A stretch of DNA of 50,737 nt from Candidatus Woesearchaeota archaeon. GTDB lineage: Archaea; Nanobdellota; Nanobdellia; Pacearchaeales; GW2011-AR1. Position 1 is the first letter of the stretch. The number at the start of each line of letters is the position of its first letter. The stretch is from the NCBI GenBank assembly GCA_964365855.1, contig CAYIRC010000001.1:1-50737 (forward strand). Direction: 5' to 3'. Positions 1 through 9,941 of this stretch are shown piece by piece. The notes beneath the pieces are model-generated. The model was not told where the DNA came from. It saw only the letters and a program-made list of their open reading frames with translations, and made no database searches. Both the position numbers and the translations under genes were made by a program.

Positions 1-83
1 TAAGATGGGTGACATATGTCATGAGGATGCACACCAGCTATTTGTTTAATAACATTTTTATAGGTTATTTTGTACAGAATACT

Positions 84-653
84 ATGGGAGGGATAATTTC
101 TACAATTTCAAGGCCAGGAATATTATTTTTGTTAGTTCTTGCTACAGTTGTAATATTTATAATAATATTAATAAAAATAAAAAAAAAGTTTAATCAAAAG
201 CTTATAGAAGAAACATTAGCAGATCCCTTTTATAAAAAAAGAATAGAAAAATTAAGGCAGAGTAATAAAACTGCAAAAGAAATGCTAGACGAGCTTGACA
301 CCATTGCCCGGGATTTTTTAAACAAAGAGTTTAATTTTGATAAAAATTTTGAGTATAACGAAGTAATTGAATTTTTTAAAAATAATGCAAGCATAAATAG
401 TTTTTGCAAGGCAATGCTTAAATTGCTGTATACAGGAGAGCCGGTTGATACTAATGAAGTGGACAAGATTGCATTGTATCTGCAGGAAATAATCATCAGG
501 GTAATAAGTGAAAAAGCAGGTAAAGAAAAGAAATCAAAAGTCAAAGAAGTTATAGATAAAATGATTGAAGCAGAAAATAAAGATAAAAAAATAAAACTGG
601 AAGACTCTGAAGACATAAAGAAGCTTCCTAAAGACTTGCCAAAGTTTGAATAG
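84..653 (+). CDS. hypothetical membrane-anchored protein (one N-terminal TM helix, K/E-rich helical C-terminal part)
   Basis: Track ORF 9..653 starts at GTG. The first ATG at 84 (MGGIISTISRPGILFLLVLATVVIFIIIL) directly precedes the TM helix. No family recognised. Confidence 0.5.
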   Translation: MGGIISTISRPGILFLLVLATVVIFIIILIKIKKKFNQKLIEETLADPFYKKRIEKLRQSNKTAKEMLDELDTIARDFLNKEFNFDKNFEYNEVIEFFKNNASINSFCKAMLKLLYTGEPVDTNEVDKIALYLQEIIIRVISEKAGKEKKSKVKEVIDKMIEAENKDKKIKLEDSEDIKKLPKDLPKFE

Positions 654-655
654 CA

Positions 656-1576
656 TTAAGGAAATATTTTATACCTTGTATTTGCTAATATATACTCAAA
701 AATAAACAAAAATATAGCTGTAACATTCAAATAATCCGAAAGATCTATTGTTACCCTTTTCATTTTAAGGTCAATTATTTCAGTAAAGCTTTTTAATAAT
801 TCTGCTTTATTTTCTGCCTTGAAAAATTTTCCATGGGTATTATATGCAATAGATTTCAACGCATCTTCATCCAATTTTGACATGCCATAGCTGGCCATTC
901 CGCCTTCTATAGTTCCAATACCAATTGTATGAATTATAATATCATTTTTATTTGCGTATAAAATCGCATCATCAAGATTGCCTACATTTGTTTGCCCATC
1001 GCTCAATAAAATAATGGATTTAGCATCCTCTTCTGCCAATAGGTTTGCTGAAGTAATAATAGCTTCGTATAAATCTGTGCCACCAACAGAGCTGACTTTT
1101 GTTTTGCTTATTGCTGTGTTTATTAAGTCTTTATTTGTTGTCATTTTTTGTTCAATCAATGAATTTCCAGAAAAAGAAATAATGCCTAAACTTGTTTCAG
1201 CAGGTAAAGCATTGACAAATTTGATTGCTGTTTCTTTTGCAGCATCAATTCTAGTTGGCAAAAAGTCAACAGCTTCCATGCTTCTTGAAGAATCTACTGC
1301 AAGCACATATGAAAACGAGCTTGCTTTAGCATCCTTTTTAACAGCCAATCCAGAAACAGACATTATTAATAAAAAAGCAATTAGAATGCTTAAAAACATC
1401 ACAACAATATTTTTTGAATATAGATCAATTCCCTTTATTCTGGCTATAGCTTCAAAATTCGCAAAATTTAATGCATATTTCCTCCTGCTTTTCAAAGATA
1501 TAAAATAAATTAAAATAATCATTGGAATAACGATTAATAAAAATAAATATGAGGGGTGCATAAATTGTATTTGCAT
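656..1576 (-). CDS. von Willebrand factor A domain membrane protein, BatA-like
   Basis: BatA-type N-terminus (MQIQFMHPSYLFLLIVIPMI) with two TM helices. MIDAS DxSxS motif (AVDSSRSM), GGTDLYEAI and ILLSDGQTN blocks, C-terminal TM. Start is 1 nt from the DUF58 stop. Confidence 0.85.
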   Translation of the reverse strand: MQIQFMHPSYLFLLIVIPMIILIYFISLKSRRKYALNFANFEAIARIKGIDLYSKNIVVMFLSILIAFLLIMSVSGLAVKKDAKASSFSYVLAVDSSRSMEAVDFLPTRIDAAKETAIKFVNALPAETSLGIISFSGNSLIEQKMTTNKDLINTAISKTKVSSVGGTDLYEAIITSANLLAEEDAKSIILLSDGQTNVGNLDDAILYANKNDIIIHTIGIGTIEGGMASYGMSKLDEDALKSIAYNTHGKFFKAENKAELLKSFTEIIDLKMKRVTIDLSDYLNVTAIFLFIFEYILANTRYKIFP

Positions 1577-1577
1577 T

Positions 1578-2480
1578 TTAAGATATTAATCTTGACTTCC
1601 TTTTCACCCTCCCGCGTAAGAATTCTGCTAAGGCAGGCACAAATAGCTTGTCAGTCATTAAGCTTAAAAGGTCTATATTAGCTTCAGTAAAAATCTTCTT
1701 TACTAAATTTTCCTGTTCTAAAGCATATTTCTCATAAGATTTTTTGGCTAATTTAGGATTAATAAGCATTTGTCCGCCAGATAAAGGGTCCTCAATAACA
1801 ACTTCGGCAGATATGTCGGGAAGCGTCTTATCAAGCGGGTCCTTAACCATCAAAGCCATAACTTCAAATTTTTTTGAAAGAATTTTAAAATTTTCTTTTG
1901 CATCTTCTTTTAGCTTTATAAAATCAGAAAGAAGTATTACTGCTGATGTGGATTCATCTAAATAGTTCAGAATAAATTTAATGACATTATTTATATCTGA
2001 TTTTCCTCCGTAATTTCTGGCATTAGAAAGAGCATCAGCAAACAATTCAAATTGTTTCAGCCCCTTTGAAGGCATTACATAATCCAAGACCTTGTCATTA
2101 AACAAAATAAATCCAATATTATCTCCCGAGCTTATAATCAGATAGGCAAGTGATGTCAAAACCTCAGTTGCATACTCGCATTTTAATTTAGCTGTTGAGC
2201 CAAAAACCATATGTTCACTTACATCAACAGCAAAAATAATTTTTAGATTTCTTTCTTCCTTATAATGTTTCATAAGCAATTTATTTGCCCTTACGCTCGC
2301 TTTCCAGTCTATGCTAGCAGCATCATCTTTAGGATAATAAGTCTGATAGCCATCAAATTCCAGGCCCTTGCCTCTGAATAAATTCCTGTATAACTTCGCT
2401 TTTATTTCAAATTCCTTTATAACTAACTGTAATTCAGTAATACTCCCAGGTATGTCTACGTTTAATCTATTTTTTTCCAT
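1578..2480 (-). CDS. DUF58 family protein (MoxR-associated)
   Basis: Typical DUF58 core (IDWKASVRANKLLMKHYKEERNLKIIFAVDVSEHM). Sits between the MoxR and VWA genes as in MoxR/Bat operons. Confidence 0.8.
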   Translation of the reverse strand: MEKNRLNVDIPGSITELQLVIKEFEIKAKLYRNLFRGKGLEFDGYQTYYPKDDAASIDWKASVRANKLLMKHYKEERNLKIIFAVDVSEHMVFGSTAKLKCEYATEVLTSLAYLIISSGDNIGFILFNDKVLDYVMPSKGLKQFELFADALSNARNYGGKSDINNVIKFILNYLDESTSAVILLSDFIKLKEDAKENFKILSKKFEVMALMVKDPLDKTLPDISAEVVIEDPLSGGQMLINPKLAKKSYEKYALEQENLVKKIFTEANIDLLSLMTDKLFVPALAEFLRGRVKRKSRLIS

Positions 2481-2483
2481 TAG

Positions 2484-5093
2484 TTAAGGGGCATTTATTG
2501 TTTTTAGGATATCCTCAACAATTTTACCAGGAGTTATGCCATCTGCTCTGGCTCGATATGATAAAATCATTCTGTGCCCCATAACCTCTTTTGATACAGT
2601 CCTAACATCTTGGGGTATTACAAAAATTCGCCCATTCATCAAAGCTTCTGCTTTAGATGCTATATACAAAGCTATAGTTGCCCTTGGTGAGCAGCCTAAC
2701 TCAATATACTGCCCATAATCAAAATTTTTATTTCGCGTCATTTTGACGATATTTAGAATATACATTTTTATTCTGTCATCAAGATATACTCTGTGCACTA
2801 ATTTTTGCATCTCTAAAATTTTATCAGGCGACACAATTGGCTTTAAATTATAGTCCTCAAATTTTTTAAAAGTTACATTTTCCTGCATTATCCTTGCTTC
2901 ATCTTTTTCATCAGGATACCCAAAAATTATCTTAAACATAAACCTATCAATCTGCGCTTCAGGAAGAGTATAAACTCCCTCTGTTTCAAGAGGGTTCTGG
3001 TTAGCCATAACAAAAAAAGGAGTAGGTAATTTAAAAGTAGTTTGGCCAATAGTTACCTGCTTTTCCTGCATTGCTTCAATTAAAGCAGATTGTGTATTAT
3101 GAGAAATTACTCCTCCAAATCCTGCAATGAATGAATGGTTTTCTTTCATAGAAAAATCATAAAGCCAATATTCTTCATCCGGCTCGACAATTTTATTTTC
3201 TTTAATAAAATCGCAATAAAAATCGCTTTTAACTATCTTATCAAGTTGCTCGAGAAGATAATTTTTTGCAGTTAGCATCTGCGCAATTCTGCCAAGTCTG
3301 TATCTGCTGTGCATTAAGGAATTATTTGGATTTTCAAGATTATGCGCATGCATTAATGTTTCTTCAAAAAATTCTTTATGGCTAATGCCGGATAATTTTC
3401 TAATAGCTCTTATCATTTCATGCATGCCCGGAATTAAGTCCATTTTTTCAAGTTCTGAATTTTTTAGTAATTCTTTTAGCTTTATATTCTTTTCATGTAA
3501 AAAGAACCCGATTCTTTCGAAAAAAATATTTAAATCACCTCCATAAAGCCTAAGATTATAAAACTTATTTTTATAAGAATATTTTCCAATATGTGTCTTT
3601 AATAGCTCGTGCCCTATTCTTGATACCAGTCCCATCCTTAGCAAAAGATAGGAAAGAGCATTCGCAATTTTCCTGCTTTTAGTAGTCACTTTAACACAAT
3701 CTCTTGAAACACAGCCATCGCATTCATAATAAAGTTTTAGAAATTCAGATATATTTTCATTAGCAGACTTTAAGATAAATCCTGGAATTTCTTTGTCCTC
3801 GGCTTTTTTATAAGGTTCATAGCCAATAGCTCGCAAAAGCTGAATTAACGCATCTGATCTAAATGCAACCCTATACTGGCTTCTCTTAGCATTATATAAA
3901 AGATTTGCTTTTATCCCAAATAAATTTTTAATAATCTTTAGAAACAATTCAGGAATTTCCTTTTCTTTCATTGTTAAATAAAAATAGCTTTTGTTTACGC
4001 TGCCTTCAGATAATAATATTGCAAAAAATTGTGCTAATTCTTTATTAACTTCATTAGGCATTTTAACGCAGCTAATCTGCCCAAATTGTTTTGATCTTGA
4101 AAAAAAGTAGTTAGTTCCAAACTCAGAGCATATGTATTGTGGCTTTAATTTCAGAAATGTCTTAAATAATTGGACATCCTCTTTTTCAATGTTTACTATT
4201 TCTTTTATCTTTTTTTCACTTAAACCATTAGCTTTATATTTATTTATTAAAAAATAAAGTTCTCTTCTTCTTTTAATCTCTACCGAGACTTCATTTGATT
4301 TTATCAAAGCATCTTTATCATACTTCAATTTATTAGAAGCATTTATTTCTAGCCTTTTCGGAACTAAAACACAATCTCCTTTTTTTAATTCATTCGCTTG
4401 AATCATTTCTACTTTGCCACTCCGTAATGTAAAAAAAGGATGGACTGTAGAGGTTTTTATTTTTCTTCCAGATTTTAAGATTACCTCATGATAAGGCCCC
4501 TTTGTTTTTTGTTTATAGAAATATTCAACTTCTCCAGGCTTTATTTTATAATCTTTAAGATCTAAAGACATAAGCTTAATAGTAGACTTTGGCTTAATCC
4601 AAAATTCATTGTTTTTATTAACAATCTCTCCTGAATTTTTATCTATTAACTCATCAATATCTAATATTTCCCCATTTTCTGTTATAACTGGCTCCCCTCT
4701 TAATAAGCATTTTGGGGGGCTTCTGTTTATTTCATCAGCTATTATAAAATTGGCAAATATCGGCCCTTTAACAACCTCAAATCCCCTTTGAGGGGTATAA
4801 GTAGTAAGCCCAAGTATATCTGTTGGAAGAAGGTCTACAGTAAACTGGATTCTTTTTGAAGTGCAGCCGCTTATTCGTGCTAAAGATTTAATAGCTAATG
4901 TTTTAGCTATGCCCGGAACACCTTCCAAAAGCACATGGCCATCGCACAATAAACTCCTTATTAAAGAAGCAACAACCTTATTCTGGCCAAAAAAGACCCG
5001 GCCCATTTCCTCTTTCATCATCATAATAATTTTTGAGCATTCTTGCACCTCAGAAACACTTAACCTCTTCTCACCAATTTTTGATTCTTCCAT
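2484..5093 (-). CDS. MoxR-family AAA+ ATPase, interrupted by an intein (spliced product 331 aa)
   Basis: Walker A GVPGIAKT. Walker B region IIADEINRSPPK is followed by the intein. The C-extein resumes TQSALIEAMQEKQVTIG...FFVMANQNP...LPEAQIDRF, which are canonical MoxR (AAA_3) blocks. Confidence 0.9.
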   Translation of the reverse strand: MEESKIGEKRLSVSEVQECSKIIMMMKEEMGRVFFGQNKVVASLIRSLLCDGHVLLEGVPGIAKTLAIKSLARISGCTSKRIQFTVDLLPTDILGLTTYTPQRGFEVVKGPIFANFIIADEINRSPPKCLLRGEPVITENGEILDIDELIDKNSGEIVNKNNEFWIKPKSTIKLMSLDLKDYKIKPGEVEYFYKQKTKGPYHEVILKSGRKIKTSTVHPFFTLRSGKVEMIQANELKKGDCVLVPKRLEINASNKLKYDKDALIKSNEVSVEIKRRRELYFLINKYKANGLSEKKIKEIVNIEKEDVQLFKTFLKLKPQYICSEFGTNYFFSRSKQFGQISCVKMPNEVNKELAQFFAILLSEGSVNKSYFYLTMKEKEIPELFLKIIKNLFGIKANLLYNAKRSQYRVAFRSDALIQLLRAIGYEPYKKAEDKEIPGFILKSANENISEFLKLYYECDGCVSRDCVKVTTKSRKIANALSYLLLRMGLVSRIGHELLKTHIGKYSYKNKFYNLRLYGGDLNIFFERIGFFLHEKNIKLKELLKNSELEKMDLIPGMHEMIRAIRKLSGISHKEFFEETLMHAHNLENPNNSLMHSRYRLGRIAQMLTAKNYLLEQLDKIVKSDFYCDFIKENKIVEPDEEYWLYDFSMKENHSFIAGFGGVISHNTQSALIEAMQEKQVTIGQTTFKLPTPFFVMANQNPLETEGVYTLPEAQIDRFMFKIIFGYPDEKDEARIMQENVTFKKFEDYNLKPIVSPDKILEMQKLVHRVYLDDRIKMYILNIVKMTRNKNFDYGQYIELGCSPRATIALYIASKAEALMNGRIFVIPQDVRTVSKEVMGHRMILSYRARADGITPGKIVEDILKTINAP
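3096..4709 (-). mobile_element. intein with LAGLIDADG homing-endonuclease domain, 538 aa, inserted after the Walker B block of MoxR
   Basis: First residue Cys (CLLRGEPVITENG, codon 4707..4709). Last residues ...GGVISHN (Asn codon 3096..3098). The +1 extein residue is Thr (3093..3095). Block B-like TSTVHPFF. Two LAGLIDADG-type motifs (FAILLSEGSV and LKLYYECDGCV). In frame; length is an exact multiple of 3. Confidence 0.85.
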
Positions 5094-5138
5094 AGTTCTC
5101 GTTTATATTCTTAAAAATTTATATTATAAAAGCTTTTC

Positions 5139-8100
5139 TTAAGATGAAATAATCAATGCCCTTCTTAATTTAATTCTTTTATAAAAATAATAAACAAAGC
5201 CCAGAGTCAAAGCCCCTATGCTTGCCAAGCCGGCATAATTAAACAAAACAGTTTGGATTTCAGGAGAGCTTTTTGCATTTGGCTTTTGGGAGATAGCATT
5301 TTTACAGGCCATGACAGCTTCTTCTATTTTAGCATTTGCCTGGGCAAAATCATTATTCGCAGCATACTTTCTGGCTTCATTAACCAGCTCTTTTATTTCT
5401 GCACATTCAGGATTAGAAGCAATTAATTCTTCAGTAAATAAAATTTTTTCTTCTAATTTTGTGCCCTCTTTTACAGTAAGATAAATTTTTCCCCAGTCAG
5501 TAAATGAGGGGCTGGCAACTTTTGCATTAATATTAATTTCATATACACCCAGCTCATCTGTATTAATTTCAATAGTCAAAGTTACATTCTCCCTTTGCCC
5601 AACATCCAAACTTGGAATTTGTGTTCTGTCAAATGAAGAAGCAAAATCTTTTCTAATGACCCCATTCTTTGCAACAGAATTTCCAAGAGTTATTCCATTT
5701 AAAGAGGTTTGGCCAGCATTATATAATTGTATTGGAAGCACAATTTTCTCGCCTTTGACTGCAGAAACAGGGTCAGGCAAAATTAATTTCAAAATAGCAG
5801 GAGTGCCACCTCCTCCCGATGATACTGTGGTTGTAGCCGGTGTTGTAGACGGTGTCGTGAAGCTAACAACAAAATTATTGCTTCTGGCAGAAGAAGAGCT
5901 GTCATTAGCTGTTATGTTTAAAGTCTCGCTAAATAACGAAGTAGAAGTAGTAGTCAAAGTTAATATCCATGCCGAAGAAATACTAGAGCTAATAGCAGAA
6001 GCATTGCTATTTACTGTAAAATTAACTGTCTGGTTGTAATAAGTGTCAGTATGGTCTATGTCTAAAAAATAATTTGTCAGATTAATTGTAATGCTTTGTG
6101 TATATTCCGCACTGCTGTCACCTATTGCTCCGGAAAAATTAACAGGAGCATTCGCATGGGTTATATTAACACTCCAGTTAGCACTTGTGTTTAAATCAGC
6201 ATAAATCGGATTAATCACAACCAACGTTAAATTCTGGAATCTTCCATAGGTCTCATCACTATAGCTCGGGGTAAAGCTCCATGTTAGATTAGTATTATTT
6301 CCATAATAAGTTGTGTTATATCTCAAAGCATTATTTATGTAAAAGAAATATGTAAGATTGTCAGATATACTATGATTCACAACAAACAAAGACAAATTAG
6401 AATTATTTCCTTCACTAAAATTAAACTGGTAAGAAGAATTTGGAAAATTAATAACCGGGCTGTTATAAACATAAATCCAGAAATAAGTTGACGAATAGTT
6501 TTGCTCGCTTTTATTGCTAAAAATAGTAACATTCAACTGATACCTTCCAGCAGAGCTGTCATTAAAAGTTACATTGATTACACCGCTTGTCGTATTAAAG
6601 GTTGTAGCATTAAATATACTGGGCCCAGAAATCATGCTATAATTAAACGTGAAATTACGATTTATAGAGCTCCACGAGTTGCCTAATTCAGTATCAGATA
6701 CGTTAAATTTGTAATAAAAAGTTCGGTTTATAGATGAGGTTAAATTTATTATATTAAGGAAAATAGGCTTGTGGCTGATAGCAGAAACAGTTAAATTAAA
6801 AGTAATACTAGAATTAAGTCCAGACCTGTCAGTTACATTAATAGTAATATTATAATTTCCAACATCATATTTAGAAGGAGTAAAATAAGCCTCATAAATA
6901 GACAAATTGCTTTCAGATTGAATAGTTGCGAGTGAAAAGTTAAGCAAAGTTGCATTCTTGCCTTGAATTGAGGTGATTAAAGTAAGGCTTTCATTATAAT
7001 AAATCTTCTGTGCAGCCGGAATCTTAAAATCTTCATCTCTTACATATAAACTAATTTTTGTTGCATTGTCCTCTGTTGTATTAACATTAGAATTAGCATC
7101 AATAATGGCATTGACTACAGAAGTTAATTTGTCAATTACAGGAGAATCAGGTATGTTTAATATAGTAAAATTAAAGCTTAAGCTTGCATTGACTTTTCCA
7201 TCAGAAGCATTGATAATTATAAAATGATATCCTACATCAGCATCTTCAGGAGCAAAGTTTATTATTCCAGCTAAAGAGCTTAAGTTGAATGAAGGAAAAG
7301 CGCTGAAGTTGCTGAATGAAAAAGTTATGTTGTCATTGTTCGAATCACTTACATTAGCAGTAAGATTCAGATAGAAATTTAAACTTTCATTAATTGAATA
7401 ATTTCTAATTATGCTTGAGTCCCATACAGGAGGAGAATTTATTAAAATAGTGACTAGAAAAACTTTTGAATCAATAGAATAATTATTAGCATCTATAACG
7501 CTGATATTTACAGAATGATTTCCAGTAGCAACGCCCGGAAAATTAGGATTTATTTCAATTCTTGCAATTGTGACATTGCCCACAATGCTATATGTGCTTA
7601 TATTTACAAAACTCTCATTTGAAGAAAAAGTCAGGGATTCATTATAAACTCTTTTGTCAGGTATAAGAAGGTCATCATCACTTGCATTGATATATACTGT
7701 ATAGTTGCTTGTTGTATAAACACTGATATTTGAAATACTGCTTAAATTTACACTGTCATTTTTATTTCCTACAAAAAACCAAAAACTAGTAGAATTGCCA
7801 AATCTTGGGCTGCCAGTATCATTAATTTTAATAGTCACAGACCAATTGCCAACAGATAAATCTGTTGCTGTGAAGTTAACAAGAGCAGAGGCATTTCCGC
7901 CAACTGTATTAATAACAGTATAATTAGAGAGAGTAGTGCCATTAAAAGTAAACCAACTGTAATTGGCTAGAAAAGTAATATTATTTAATTCATCACCATC
8001 AGAAACATTTATCCAGCAGTTAAAAATAGAGTCTTCAGTTGTATTTCGCTCGTTATTGCAGGCATAAATAAAAATCGGATAGTTATTTATATTTAAAACA

Positions 8101-8858
8101 CTAAAATTTACTATAACAGTTGTGCTTGCATTATACGGCGTAATATTATTATTAAGGTCAATTACAGTAAAGTTAATTGAATAATTTCCAACATCATTTC
8201 TGGATGGAATAAAACTTATATTTAACAATCCAGTTAAAGGGTTAAAGCTATATTGCGAGCTGTTAAATAAAGTGCAATTAGAGCTATTTCTTGTTGACCA
8301 TGTTGCAGTTGTACAGTTAATAAAGCTTATATTTAATGAAAAAGGGATATTATTTTCCTCATCTGTTACTTGAACTAGATACTGCCAAACTTCATTATTT
8401 ATAGAAACATTAAAAGATTGATTAGTTAAGTTTGAAAAAACAGGGGCATCGTTAGTAGCATTTGCAAAGAAATAAAACCAACGAGATTCTCCTCCACTGC
8501 TACCTCCCACATATACGTGGATACTAAAGTTCCCTGTCTGATTGTTTCTAGTTGCATTTATAGTCATAACACCTGTACTTGAATTTATGAATATCCAAGA
8601 ATAATTAGAAGGAATAGTAAAACCTAGGTCAGGCGATACAGTAATATTTTCAAATCTAAAAAATAAGGTCTCTCCAGCAGCATTGGTTACATTTTTTGTA
8701 AAATTATACTCAAAAATAGGCAATTGGTCTTCGCTTAAGCTTGAATTAGTCCCGCTCACATTAAAAGTTGGCGCAGCAACAGCTACCCCTGCAAATAGAA
8801 TGCATACTAAGAAAACTAATGACGTATAAACCAGATTAAATTTGCCCTCTTTCTCCAT
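5139..8858 (-). CDS. large surface protein: signal peptide, about 8 cadherin/Ig-like repeats, CARDB/DUF11-like domain, C-terminal TM anchor
   Basis: Signal peptide ...FAGVAVAA/PTF. Repeat boundaries have cadherin-like linkers (NDAPVF, NNYPIF, NSPPVW, PDSPVI, SHKPIF, NSPVINF, ANAPVNF). T/S/G linker (TPATTTVSSGGGG). C-terminal TM plus basic tail (...GFVYYFYKRIKLRR). N-x-S/T sequons are very dense (10 counted in one stretch of about 85 residues near the N-terminus). Confidence 0.75.
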   Translation of the reverse strand: MEKEGKFNLVYTSLVFLVCILFAGVAVAAPTFNVSGTNSSLSEDQLPIFEYNFTKNVTNAAGETLFFRFENITVSPDLGFTIPSNYSWIFINSSTGVMTINATRNNQTGNFSIHVYVGGSSGGESRWFYFFANATNDAPVFSNLTNQSFNVSINNEVWQYLVQVTDEENNIPFSLNISFINCTTATWSTRNSSNCTLFNSSQYSFNPLTGLLNISFIPSRNDVGNYSINFTVIDLNNNITPYNASTTVIVNFSVLNINNYPIFIYACNNERNTTEDSIFNCWINVSDGDELNNITFLANYSWFTFNGTTLSNYTVINTVGGNASALVNFTATDLSVGNWSVTIKINDTGSPRFGNSTSFWFFVGNKNDSVNLSSISNISVYTTSNYTVYINASDDDLLIPDKRVYNESLTFSSNESFVNISTYSIVGNVTIARIEINPNFPGVATGNHSVNISVIDANNYSIDSKVFLVTILINSPPVWDSSIIRNYSINESLNFYLNLTANVSDSNNDNITFSFSNFSAFPSFNLSSLAGIINFAPEDADVGYHFIIINASDGKVNASLSFNFTILNIPDSPVIDKLTSVVNAIIDANSNVNTTEDNATKISLYVRDEDFKIPAAQKIYYNESLTLITSIQGKNATLLNFSLATIQSESNLSIYEAYFTPSKYDVGNYNITINVTDRSGLNSSITFNLTVSAISHKPIFLNIINLTSSINRTFYYKFNVSDTELGNSWSSINRNFTFNYSMISGPSIFNATTFNTTSGVINVTFNDSSAGRYQLNVTIFSNKSEQNYSSTYFWIYVYNSPVINFPNSSYQFNFSEGNNSNLSLFVVNHSISDNLTYFFYINNALRYNTTYYGNNTNLTWSFTPSYSDETYGRFQNLTLVVINPIYADLNTSANWSVNITHANAPVNFSGAIGDSSAEYTQSITINLTNYFLDIDHTDTYYNQTVNFTVNSNASAISSSISSAWILTLTTTSTSLFSETLNITANDSSSSARSNNFVVSFTTPSTTPATTTVSSGGGGTPAILKLILPDPVSAVKGEKIVLPIQLYNAGQTSLNGITLGNSVAKNGVIRKDFASSFDRTQIPSLDVGQRENVTLTIEINTDELGVYEININAKVASPSFTDWGKIYLTVKEGTKLEEKILFTEELIASNPECAEIKELVNEARKYAANNDFAQANAKIEEAVMACKNAISQKPNAKSSPEIQTVLFNYAGLASIGALTLGFVYYFYKRIKLRRALIISS

Positions 8859-8900
8859 TTTTTCTCTAATGCTAAATGCACAAATACTATTAAAAGTTAT

Positions 8901-9830
8901 TTAATACTTAACCTTTAGATAGTAATTATAAATATCTTTCTCAATAGACAGCCGTCTTTTCTTGCTTAATTCATAATAAAGCCCGCGCATTTTCCTATAA
9001 ATCTTTCGCGCTTTGGTCAAATTATTCTTATTAACAGCTTTCTCACCTAAGCGTATAAGCCTTCTTATTTTATAGACTTTAAATATAGGTAGCATAGCTA
9101 TAAATCCTAACAGCAATATGCCAAATAATGTCCATGATGCAATCTCAAAATAATTAGATGCATTTGTATTTTCCTGCTCACATTTTTTGCATTGTCCGCC
9201 GCAGTCAACCCCCTCTTCATTTGCATCTTTCACTCCATTAAAGCAAGAAGAACAGTATAAACTCTTGCCCTGAACAAAAGATATATCTAATCGTCTGGAT
9301 TTCCATGATTCCAAATCTATCTTAGTTACAGGCTCATTTGACTGAGACGACATTGCAACAAGCACTTCATTCCCGCACTCATTATTTAAAGCAAAATTTA
9401 CTTTTTCTATTTCATTGCACTCTTTATCTTCAATATAACTTTTTACACATTTATTTGTGTCAGTGCAAGTTCTATGCTGAATTCCGGAAAATTTCAATTC
9501 ACCTTTCATTATATCTTCTGTTTTGCCCATATAATTGCATTGCTCCCATTCTAAGCATGCGTAATTAGAAGGGCATGTATTAGAGCACGGTCTTCTTTCA
9601 ATTTTTTCTTCTTTTCCGCATACTGTATCATTGCATACTCTCTTTTGGAAATTATTAGAGCATTGCTCCCATTCTAAGCATGCGTAATTAGAAATGCATG
9701 TGCTCATATTTTTAATTGTTTCAGCACTCTGATTAGCAGAATGATTAGAAAGTATACTGCCTCCACCGCTGGAACTCTTAGCAGAACTTCCCAAAACCGA
9801 TGAGGAAACTATTATCGCTTTCACATTCAA
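8901..9830 (-). CDS. Cys-rich ectodomain module with C-terminal TM anchor and basic tail; probably the C-terminal continuation of the upstream giant ORF
   Basis: No signal peptide, and the track start is TTG. The frame is open for 37 more codons upstream to the TGA at 9942..9944, in frame with 9942..15914. Duplicated CxSNYACLEWEQC modules, GVDCGGQCKKCE motif, TM WTLFGILLLGFIAMLPIF followed by a K/R-rich tail. Confidence 0.55.
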   Translation of the reverse strand: MNVKAIIVSSSVLGSSAKSSSGGGSILSNHSANQSAETIKNMSTCISNYACLEWEQCSNNFQKRVCNDTVCGKEEKIERRPCSNTCPSNYACLEWEQCNYMGKTEDIMKGELKFSGIQHRTCTDTNKCVKSYIEDKECNEIEKVNFALNNECGNEVLVAMSSQSNEPVTKIDLESWKSRRLDISFVQGKSLYCSSCFNGVKDANEEGVDCGGQCKKCEQENTNASNYFEIASWTLFGILLLGFIAMLPIFKVYKIRRLIRLGEKAVNKNNLTKARKIYRKMRGLYYELSKKRRLSIEKDIYNYYLKVKY

Positions 9831-9941
9831 GCTGAAATTCTGGCAGGTTGTTTTATTTAATCCAGTTTCACCGCATAAGCTTATATTCGGATGAATATAA
9901 GTAAGCGCTCTGTCAGTAACGCAGACACTTAAATTATAAAC

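Noticed and set aside
230-616. Many track ORFs lie antisense to or overlap long genes. Examples: 230..616, 978..1508, 1744..1965, 4861..5142, 5656..6039, 14929..15258, 15349..15852, 18139..18531, 19169..19477, 21580..21828, 23707..24006, 27393..27722, 29032..29463, 30221..30658, 30877..31361, 32607..32870, 37955..38308, 40200..40679, 49751..50211.
   Set aside because: They are shadow ORFs opposite or inside genes that have strong motif support. They have low-complexity, unbiased translations and no recognisable motifs or start signals.
9531-9700. A 34-nt perfect direct repeat (gcattgctcccattctaagcatgcgtaattagaa at about 9538..9571 and 9660..9693) might be a DGR template/variable repeat pair.
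   Set aside because: Both copies are in the same gene and frame and encode the duplicated SNYACLEWEQC module. Differences are not adenine-specific, and no reverse transcriptase is in the window. This is an ordinary intragenic domain duplication.
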